Notes under the pieces: generated by a model
The model's input: the letters and a program-made list of their open reading frames with translations, nothing else
Databases searched by the model: none
What the model was told of the DNA's origin: nothing
In this document: in pieces, positions 56,901 through 64,000 of the stretch
Layout: each line of letters begins with the position of its first letter
Position numbering within the stretch: position 1 is the first letter of the stretch
Virus record (IMG/VR): IMGVR_UViG_3300032288_002811
Location: 1-64,000 of that record
DNA: 64,000 nucleotides
From: a virus
Direction: 5' to 3' (one strand)
Position numbers and translations under genes: made by a program

Positions 56901-59900
56901 TGGATGCAAATTTTTGTGAAATTACATTTGATGTTGTGTATGGTAAACTAAAATAATTTATGTCACCATCTGTGTTGATTCCATAACCTAATGAAATAGA
57001 AGAATCTATTTTACCCATATTATATGCTGTTGCAATAGATTTTAACGGATAGTTTTTCACACTTTGTGTGGCAGTCATTATACGGTCACGTTTATTGATT
57101 GTGGCCTTAAAGTCTCCGTTATATGTATCTCCAGTAGCAAAACTAGAAAAGTCATCAACAAGAATACCGTTTTTGAATCTATTCAAACCATATGCATCGG
57201 ATATCTGAAGTGATGTTGTTTTTTGTTCTAACAAATTTAATGATGTATAATACTCAATGCCATTAATTCTATTTTCCAAGCCAGCAATGTCTTGCATTGT
57301 ATATCGCTTGTGTTTAACTTTATCGATTGATAAATCAGCAATTGTTCCTGATGGAGCTTCAGTTGGAATATAACCTGTATATGGATTATGAGTTAGATTG
57401 GCAATTACCAAAGAACCATCTGGTTCAGAAGGGAACAATGGATTAATAGAAGGTGATCCTTCAATAATTTTGAAACTTCTATCTTTGGTTAAAACTAATT
57501 TATCTTTTCTACCAAGATAGTATTCATAATTTGTTGTGAATGTTGTAAGGTCTGATGGAATAAAAATACCTGGTCTATTATCACCGATATTATTGTATTT
57601 AAATCCAAAAGTTGCCGTTGCATTTGTACGAGCAGGCCTAAAATCTAAAGAATCACGTAGTTGATATGTGGTACCATGTTTACTTGTATATGTTGGTATA
57701 TTTGTATATGCTGATGGTAATGTTGAATCGATATAAGAACTCAAAGCAAAATAACCATCACCACCAGTATGTTGATAATAATTGACCAACACAAGAATGT
57801 TACCTTTTGGTTGAGCTGCACCAGGAATTAAAGTAATTGATGCGTGGTCATAGTAACTATCTCTTTGTCCATTATCAAAAGAATAACGATTTGTAACATC
57901 ATAAGAAGAATTTGTCAACATAGCCAATGTTGGTGTAGTACCAACATCTTTTGTATCAATAATCTTAACGATTGATTGAACGTCAGACAAATATAAGGAT
58001 TGTTTACTTCTAGGTGTAACCAATCCGGCTTGTTGAATATATATTTGGCCAGTTGAAGTTAGTGATGCATCATCAACAAAAGTATATGTTGCAACAGTAG
58101 TGCCGTTTGTTTTAATTGTTGTTGTATTAGCGGTAATTAAATTTTTGAATTTTAAGAAATGACTTGAGTTATCAGCATTTGTAGCATATACTTTTTCTAA
58201 TACAGTTGCTGTAAATCCGCCACCAATACTTGCTACTGGAATACTTAATGTAGCTGTTGCGCCAGTGATGTTTATTGTTCCACCTAAAGCTGCCCAAGGT
58301 ATAGTTTGGCCAACTACCATGTTTGAGGTACCAGCACTAGTGACAACAAATAACCAATTTTGTGTAATAGCATCAGAACTTAAATTGCCATTACCTAAAT
58401 GTGAAACAACACCGGCATAGTCATTACTGGAATATACAATTTGTTGTACCGCATCACTTCCAGTAACGTTAAAGTTGACGCCTGTAGTTAATTGTTGTGT
58501 AGTATAAGAAGCACTTGACAACGATGCAACATAAGGTGAACCAATAGTATACAATAATTCTGGTGCACCTGGATTTTCTAAAATAGTGGCACCAGTAGAA
58601 ACACCACCAACACGACCTGATGCATTATTAATACTTGCATAAGCAGTGATTGCAAAAGTTGCGTTTGCTGATACAATAGTATCAACATCTTTGATATCAA
58701 AATTTAATTCAAATACCGATGTTGTATCAGGTGTAACTGTCCAGTTTTGATTAACGGTTGCAACTCTAGTTACACCATTATATGAAGTGATTGTGCGGAA
58801 ATCACCAGCACTTGTACCTTTTTTGATAGAAATATTTACACCAACATATGAGGTGTTAGATTGTGAGTATGTACCAGGTAAAGTAATTGTACTTGCCGTA
58901 GCAGCAATCGCATTGGCTGTCAATACAGCATTTTGAATGTCATGTACATATGCTTTATACACATATGTATTTGCATCATTACTATTTGTATTATAATCAT
59001 AAATAAAATTTCGAAGATATGCAGTACCAACAACGGTAGAATTATATGTTGCGGTATTGGTACTAATAATGTTTGCTGTTGTAACACAATGTAGGTCAAC
59101 TGATTGTCCTGTAGTTACACCAAAAAATGATCCAGCTGCACCACCACGCACGGTATCAACATAGAAGTATGAACCGTAGTCAATGAATGCAGGTGTGTTA
59201 TCCTGTGAACCTGTAGTTCTGGCACGATTAGATACCAAATCTACATTTTTAGAATTTTGAATGCGATAACCATGTACATATGCCAAACCTTTACCAACAG
59301 TTAATGTATATAATTCTGTATTGGCATTTGTTCTTGGTGTTAATTTGTAATCTTCAACGACATAATCGCCATTTGTTTCATAATCACGTTTTGCAAAATA
59401 ATCATCAATAACATTATATACAGAACTTTCAACTAGATTTGAAACAACACCGGCTTCAACACGAACTAATTCCACAAATTTATCATCATCACCTAATGTA
59501 ATTGGACGTGTATCCAATTCTAATGATATAACATAACGGTCAGCTCCTGGTGCCTGATAGTTTGATGCACCAATTGCTGGATCCAATAAAGATGCGTCAT
59601 TGATGTAATCGTAAATTGTTTCTGTAATTGTAAGACCAACACGTTTTGTTGGTGTATTACTATATTTGTCTAATATTGTTGTAGATGGAGAAATTTGTAC
59701 AAAATTACCCAAAATGTAAAACACACCTTGTGCAATAGAAGCAACAGATGCTAAACCAGTTGCATCAGCGACAATTGCTGTTGCTGCCAAATTAGATACA
59801 GTATCAAATATTGTATCACCATCTTGAAATTGATTACCAGATTTATAAGAAAGTATCAGAGTTGGTGGATCTCCACCAGTCGCTGTAGCCACAGCAACAA

Positions 59901-60219
59901 CACGGGCAACGATTGTACCGGATGAGTCTGAAACTAACAAACCATTAAAATCTGTTACATCAACAGCAGCATTATTGTATGATGTTTGTATTTTTACATA
60001 ATATACATTTAAATTTGTTGTTACTTGCCCACCAGTGACTGGTGAATTTTGTTTGAAGATATTATCAGCAAACTTTGTAACTTGATCCTGCAGGATGGTT
60101 TGAGCCTGAGTTAATTCTCTGGCTTGAACCGCACGACCTGGTTTAAATAAAATACGATGGAAGTTTTTTGTTCCGTCAAAATCATCGTAATATGGATCAA
60201 CGTTAAAATTCAGAGACAT
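53926..60219 (-). CDS. VrlC/DUF4815-type giant baseplate structural protein
   Basis: NVDPYYDDFD..KNFHRILFKPGRAVQARELTQAQTILQDQ, APGADRY, KRYTMQDI..LENRI..IEYYTSL.LLE, NRFKNGILVDDF, DPVAQTF, SQNSQTWTADQ. Confidence 0.9.
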   Translation of the reverse strand: MSLNFNVDPYYDDFDGTKNFHRILFKPGRAVQARELTQAQTILQDQVTKFADNIFKQNSPVTGGQVTTNLNVYYVKIQTSYNNAAVDVTDFNGLLVSDSSGTIVARVVAVATATGGDPPTLILSYKSGNQFQDGDTIFDTVSNLAATAIVADATGLASVASIAQGVFYILGNFVQISPSTTILDKYSNTPTKRVGLTITETIYDYINDASLLDPAIGASNYQAPGADRYVISLELDTRPITLGDDDKFVELVRVEAGVVSNLVESSVYNVIDDYFAKRDYETNGDYVVEDYKLTPRTNANTELYTLTVGKGLAYVHGYRIQNSKNVDLVSNRARTTGSQDNTPAFIDYGSYFYVDTVRGGAAGSFFGVTTGQSVDLHCVTTANIISTNTATYNSTVVGTAYLRNFIYDYNTNSNDANTYVYKAYVHDIQNAVLTANAIAATASTITLPGTYSQSNTSYVGVNISIKKGTSAGDFRTITSYNGVTRVATVNQNWTVTPDTTSVFELNFDIKDVDTIVSANATFAITAYASINNASGRVGGVSTGATILENPGAPELLYTIGSPYVASLSSASYTTQQLTTGVNFNVTGSDAVQQIVYSSNDYAGVVSHLGNGNLSSDAITQNWLFVVTSAGTSNMVVGQTIPWAALGGTINITGATATLSIPVASIGGGFTATVLEKVYATNADNSSHFLKFKNLITANTTTIKTNGTTVATYTFVDDASLTSTGQIYIQQAGLVTPRSKQSLYLSDVQSIVKIIDTKDVGTTPTLAMLTNSSYDVTNRYSFDNGQRDSYYDHASITLIPGAAQPKGNILVLVNYYQHTGGDGYFALSSYIDSTLPSAYTNIPTYTSKHGTTYQLRDSLDFRPARTNATATFGFKYNNIGDNRPGIFIPSDLTTFTTNYEYYLGRKDKLVLTKDRSFKIIEGSPSINPLFPSEPDGSLVIANLTHNPYTGYIPTEAPSGTIADLSIDKVKHKRYTMQDIAGLENRINGIEYYTSLNLLEQKTTSLQISDAYGLNRFKNGILVDDFSSFATGDTYNGDFKATINKRDRIMTATQSVKNYPLKSIATAYNMGKIDSSISLGYGINTDGDINYFSLPYTTSNVISQKFASRTVNVNPFSFSVRDGYVSLSPNVDNWVDTNYSPALLVVDPNLQVFQASNNINQMTNGDWKTIPGTTYSTVTNVENHGRFVNTFVPQGSYGYGTTNIGYTETKTYADQVQTNTFGAYDKVGAYALNNGYITDISILPWMRPQQIVTRGKNMLFNATVNYYFDGINVNNYIRKANMIELTGVTGMFKEGDIIGYYASGSFTPTGRVMGVQITSSLINTYIGTHSVRLYVAADQYSGTYTSNGTIQNAFFNAAGSYTSTSASGTLSTTSHFGGRIDTVANTTSIQISALASSTNQYYNGNTFYVCAGTGAGQSANIASYNGSSKTITLSTAITCAEDDIYSIGSFKTDESGSIYGVFNLPENSFHNGQRTLRIDNRINNNPGTETTYAEGVYYAEGLQTTAQTVDYSSSPASAKGTFTSTNYRHNVLIADNYDPWDPVAQTFIVDKTNFPNGMFLSSASFFFASKPTSDNSPIRLTIVGTQNGYPDGNTLDHSVVSLTPDMVKTSSSPQYLDSNTSTQFAFSAPVYIQPGVLYAFILKSNSNEYTMWTASNGDTALSSSVKNLPNDPLPTTITKISGAPYTGGLFTSQNSQTWTADQNQSLMFVADRCVFDTAASPTIQYVVPNKLPERTFIDQSINYYLNANNLSSTTDTFSTTDSLIDAFNITTTDFLPSTTSVGYSYNATLVGGTAAGTKYINPGKFGTPTQDDIYLSDGLGERILLANSDTSFSLYSQLRTSDNAVSPIISDAGLSVYGIKWNINNGELSNSVITLTAAGTGYNASCTSVTVSAPTGLGGVTAQAAANIVGGIIQSVYLTSNGSGYITTPTITITDANNTPGTGATAIVTGETSKNGGNMLAKYVSKKVVLDPTFDSGDLNVYLTAYRPVNTDIHVYYKILNRNDTQTFDDSSWQLMTKIKSSGSLYSNTRDDKYEFVFAPGTSGVDQGYVTYTSQNGQTYTTFSQFAIKVVMTSSDNTYVPFATDLRVIALPSNVNTTF

Positions 60220-60229
60220 TTTTTTCCTT

Positions 60230-61654
60230 TTAGTAACCTAGTACTATTCTTATTTGTTCTATACCATCAGGACTTCTTTGCACACCAGTTCTGTTTTCAA
60301 GAAAAGCAATATAACCTGAAAACGGAGAAAAATCTGGAGTCGTGTAGGACAACAAAGTTCTATTAGTTTTTGTATCATTTCTGATAGTATCATTGTTAGT
60401 CGGCGTTCCTGTTGTATTTATTAGTCTTAAAACATTGGTTGCTGGATCAAAAGATAAAACTCTTGCAGTAAATGTTGCAGTTACAATATCTTCGGATGGA
60501 CCTTGATAAACAATCTCATCAGGAACATATACACCAAATCCAGGTGCAACTGTTAGGTCTGTAGTTGTATTGTATATTGCGCCGTTTGCTGGATAAGGAT
60601 AAGAAAATCCATCATTTTGTGCTTGCAACCATCTTTTTGATGATGTTGGATTAATAACCAAACCAATTTGATGGTAGTCAATATCAGTAGGTATTACACC
60701 ACCTTCAGAACCATTAAATTCTGTTGTGAACATAACATGATTGCAACCCAATTCAGAAACGGGATCGAATCCGTGGCCACCAATAGGTGACGTAGGTGCA
60801 AACGCTACGGCACCTCCACCCAAAGATGATTCGATTACAACATTTGCGTATGTGTAGTTTGAGCCTGGATTTGTGACTATAATATCACCAATTGTGCCAA
60901 GACTTACGTTTGCCACACCTGTTGCACCGGTGCCATCACCTGTAACTGTGATTGAAATGACTGCATTTGCTGAATCATAATCGGCACCACCGTTTGTTAC
61001 ATTGATAACATCAATACTTCCACGACCAGCCGTATTATTAAAAGGATTTGCTGTATTGTTTCCAATACCAACAGGAATCCATGCTTTATCCATGAATTTA
61101 ACTTTTAGTCCAGTATCAATAGTGTAAATGTATTTCCATTTGTAATTATCTGCACCTTGAAATATATTATTTGTATTATATGTTCCTGGTTGGAAGTATG
61201 GTTCTACTGTTGATGCGTTAAGAACCGAATTATCATATTCATCTAATGTTGTGTTATTCCAAAGACATTTAAAAACTTGGTCATATTTGTTTTTGACATA
61301 AAAATTGCGAATCAAATAACCATTACTATCTTGTTCCATCATATTAACATCATCTCGATAATAATCATAAATTACACCAGATTGCCAATCTATTCTCTGA
61401 ACTACTGGTGAAATTTCACTTGTTGTAAGCAATTTTGCCACAAACATATTTTTCATCACTTGTTTCATGTACTTCTGGTCGGAAGTTGGAACAGGAGGAT
61501 TAGCTTCGTCTGTCCAAGGATCAGCTTTAGCTAAGAAACAGTATGTTGTGCCAATTGGAGTATTATATTCAGGAATAACGAGTACCGGTGAAAGGTACTG
61601 TTGTTCCACTAAAGCAATTTTAGCTGATGGTGGTATGATATTTTTATTTGCCAT
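60230..61654 (-). CDS. gp8: Baseplate wedge subunit, T4 gp8 family
   Basis: VVQRIDWQSG.IYDYY, FYVKN...VFKCLWNN, STVEP, DNYKWKYIYTI, SPIGGHG.DPVSELG, SG.I.FLENR..VQRS.D.IE.IRIVL. Confidence 0.88.
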   Translation of the reverse strand: MANKNIIPPSAKIALVEQQYLSPVLVIPEYNTPIGTTYCFLAKADPWTDEANPPVPTSDQKYMKQVMKNMFVAKLLTTSEISPVVQRIDWQSGVIYDYYRDDVNMMEQDSNGYLIRNFYVKNKYDQVFKCLWNNTTLDEYDNSVLNASTVEPYFQPGTYNTNNIFQGADNYKWKYIYTIDTGLKVKFMDKAWIPVGIGNNTANPFNNTAGRGSIDVINVTNGGADYDSANAVISITVTGDGTGATGVANVSLGTIGDIIVTNPGSNYTYANVVIESSLGGGAVAFAPTSPIGGHGFDPVSELGCNHVMFTTEFNGSEGGVIPTDIDYHQIGLVINPTSSKRWLQAQNDGFSYPYPANGAIYNTTTDLTVAPGFGVYVPDEIVYQGPSEDIVTATFTARVLSFDPATNVLRLINTTGTPTNNDTIRNDTKTNRTLLSYTTPDFSPFSGYIAFLENRTGVQRSPDGIEQIRIVLGY

Positions 61655-61664
61655 GATTTATTTA

Positions 61665-63149
61665 TTATGGTTTAGACACTTTTACAAATGTATTTGCAAG
61701 ATCCGAATTAATATTAAAGAACCTCAAATGAGCAGAACTTGTTGCTGCCATGGTAAATGTAAGTGAATTGACTGTTGAATTCATTTCTGATATACCATGT
61801 GTTATTGTACGGCTATTAGTATCAGCATTCACCAACCAAACCTCAACAGCTTTGCCTGTATTAAAATTTGAGTGGGTGATTGTTAAATCGGCAACCAAGT
61901 TTGCTTTAATTACGGTGTCTGTTGAATAATCAATTGCTAGTGTAGTTTGATTGCCCTCTGGTATTCTTACTGTTGGATATATTTGTAAAAGTGCATTATT
62001 TGCTGCCGTAAATGCACCGTTAGCATATAGTGCGGCTGAGTTAGCAACATAACTTGGTGTATTAGCTTGTAAGAATGCACCGTTAGCATATACGCCAGCT
62101 GGTGTTGCTGTGTTAGCAACTAAGAAAGCCGCATTAGCATACGCTGCAGATGAATTGGCAGTATAACTTGGTGTATTAGCCTGTAAGAAGGCTGAATTGG
62201 CATAACTGGCAGCTGAATTAGCAACATAACTTGGTGTATTAGCTTGTAAGAATGCTGAGTTAGCAAATTCGGCAGCAGAATTGGCTGTAAGGCTTGGTGT
62301 ATTCGCTGCAAGAAATGCACCGTTAGCGTATATACTTGCCGCATTTGCTGTACTAAATGCTGAGTTAGCATATCTACCTGATGTTACAGCTTTAGTGTCC
62401 GCAACACCAGCATTAATCAATCCAGAAGATGCGGAATCAGCAGCTGCATTGGCAAATGCACCAGCAGAATTTGCAGCACCAAAGGCTGAATTAGCATATT
62501 GACCAGCAGAATTTGCTTTTGCATATGCTGAGTTGGCATATGTACCAGCTGAACCACTTGATGTGTTTTGTGAAGAACCATCTGCAAAAACTACGTTACG
62601 ATTGAGTGTCAAAGCACTTGAACTCATTTTTGCAACTACAGCATTGGCTGCACCGCCACCTGCAATAAAACGAATTTCTTTATTTGTTGATACAGCACCA
62701 ACAACCAAGTTTCCACCCCATGTATTACTTGTACTACCTTGTGTATAGATATAACCATCTAAACGATTGATAGAGGTGTCTAAACTATTGGTTTCTGAAC
62801 CAGGATTAAAATCTTTGTTTGCATATCCCATGTCAATGAAATATGTTGTGTCTGTACCAGAATTAGCAGTAACAACAAAATCAGCAGAACCACCATCATC
62901 GGTATTAACCAAATTAGTCTGAATGTAAGAAGCAGAATTCAAAGAGAATTGAGCAATTGTGTCTGGTAAATCAACTATTCTTGCACCAACATTCAATACT
63001 TCATTAGAATACAAACCTTGAGCCAAAGTATGTGCTGTGAATTTACCTGTCACACCAGTTGGAATATCCACACCAACCAATAGTGTATTGGATGTGTTGG
63101 AATTAATTGTTGCTATCGCAACTAAGTCTGAAATTTTTACTGTTGACAT
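61665..63149 (-). CDS. 494 aa short fibre/appendage protein with Ala/Asn heptads
   Basis: MSTVKISDL N-terminal module, FADGSSQNT neck motif, about 190 aa of ANSAF heptads, beta-rich C-terminus. Confidence 0.75.
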   Translation of the reverse strand: MSTVKISDLVAIATINSNTSNTLLVGVDIPTGVTGKFTAHTLAQGLYSNEVLNVGARIVDLPDTIAQFSLNSASYIQTNLVNTDDGGSADFVVTANSGTDTTYFIDMGYANKDFNPGSETNSLDTSINRLDGYIYTQGSTSNTWGGNLVVGAVSTNKEIRFIAGGGAANAVVAKMSSSALTLNRNVVFADGSSQNTSSGSAGTYANSAYAKANSAGQYANSAFGAANSAGAFANAAADSASSGLINAGVADTKAVTSGRYANSAFSTANAASIYANGAFLAANTPSLTANSAAEFANSAFLQANTPSYVANSAASYANSAFLQANTPSYTANSSAAYANAAFLVANTATPAGVYANGAFLQANTPSYVANSAALYANGAFTAANNALLQIYPTVRIPEGNQTTLAIDYSTDTVIKANLVADLTITHSNFNTGKAVEVWLVNADTNSRTITHGISEMNSTVNSLTFTMAATSSAHLRFFNINSDLANTFVKVSKP

Positions 63150-63152
63150 TGT

Positions 63153-64000
63153 TTATCCTATTATTAGAACTCTTCCATCTTCCGTTGTTATTAATGTACC
63201 ATCTTCTGTTGCCATTTCTGGAATATATTGTAAACCGACTGGTCCGTAAATTATTATATCTGCACCGTTTGCTGTGAATGTTCTGTTAACAGACAAGTAA
63301 GAGTTTGCAGCTGCACTTAAATTACTCGTCAAGTAAATTTTACCACCAGTATAATCTACATAATTAACTGTCTTACTTGTATTATTGCCAACAAGAACTT
63401 TATCACCAGCATATACAATATCTTTTAATGGATATGCAGTATTACTATACACACCATTATTAACAATATTATATGAATTTGTTATAGTAGTAATATTTAT
63501 GACGTTAGAACCAGAGTTACCTGTTACTGTTGCCACATTGGCGAATGTTAACCAAACATTACTCGCAAGTGTAATTGTATCTGCGACCGGATCAACTGAT
63601 AATACTTCTGAACGTATTGTTGGTCCATGTTGTGGAACAATTACTATTTCAGATGATGGTATTCCTGGCACATAACCGTATATAAAATCAGACAACTCAG
63701 CACCAACTAGATTGGTGAAATGTATAACATTATTACTTGGATTGTCAAAATCGGATAATATTTCAAGACCAGATGCTGTATAACCCGTATAATACTCTAA
63801 TGTTTTTCCTTGAAACAAAGCTTCCAATCCACGATAATTAATACTATTATTGGATTTCATTACATTACGACCAATCAGATTTGTTCCTGATGGATGCAAA
63901 AGTTTCAACAATATGTCTTTATATTTTGAAATTTCTTTTTCAACTGTAATTTGATATGTAAAGTTATTATAAATCAAACTTTGTAATACGTCAAATGAAC
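63153..64000 (-). CDS. gp7: Baseplate wedge initiator gp7-like protein, C-terminal part (5' end outside window)
   Basis: Frame is open to the window end (SFDVLQSLIYNNFTYQI...YKDILLKLLHPSG), a gp7-type LQ.S...Y..F.Y.I...L.HP.G motif; lies upstream of gp8. Confidence 0.7.
   Translation of the reverse strand, partial: SFDVLQSLIYNNFTYQITVEKEISKYKDILLKLLHPSGTNLIGRNVMKSNNSINYRGLEALFQGKTLEYYTGYTASGLEILSDFDNPSNNVIHFTNLVGAELSDFIYGYVPGIPSSEIVIVPQHGPTIRSEVLSVDPVADTITLASNVWLTFANVATVTGNSGSNVINITTITNSYNIVNNGVYSNTAYPLKDIVYAGDKVLVGNNTSKTVNYVDYTGGKIYLTSNLSAAANSYLSVNRTFTANGADIIIYGPVGLQYIPEMATEDGTLITTEDGRVLIIG

Noticed and set aside
1-64000. Stop-codon reassignment, introns, inteins, homing endonucleases, tRNAs
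   Set aside because: Core genes are full length under the standard code, with TAA, TGA and TAG all used as stops. gp17, gp20 and gp23 are uninterrupted, and intergenic gaps are too short or lack cloverleaf motifs.

Overview
The window is the virion-structure region of a large T4-like (myovirus) phage, about 35-40% GC by eye, with every real gene on the minus strand. In transcription order (high to low coordinates) it contains: baseplate wedge gp7 (C-terminal part), a short fibre, gp8, a VrlC/DUF4815-type giant baseplate protein, and a peptidase-S74 tail fibre. A roughly 29.5 kb block of ten fibre/adaptor genes follows; it includes 3610, 1520 and 1515 aa proteins built from an Ala/Asn heptad repeat and ends in an RCC1 beta-propeller protein. 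Next come three glycosyltransferase genes (two fused to methyltransferases), neck/tail-completion gp13-14-15, a nine-cadherin-like-domain adhesin, a LamG protein, terminase gp16/gp17, sheath gp18, tube gp19, portal gp20, head core genes, protease gp21, scaffold gp22 and major capsid gp23 (runs off the window). T4-type late promoters (NATAAATA/CTAAATA) precede most units, and an intrinsic terminator follows gp19. Two candidate systems stand out. (1) The fibre genes show collinear plug-and-socket termini, suggesting one head-to-tail segmented filament of perhaps 0.8-0.9 micrometres. (2) A late-promoter-driven glycosyltransferase/methyltransferase cassette sits beside hundreds of periodic Ala-Asn motifs, suggesting virion glycosylation. 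All family calls come from motifs recognised by eye; no searches were run.
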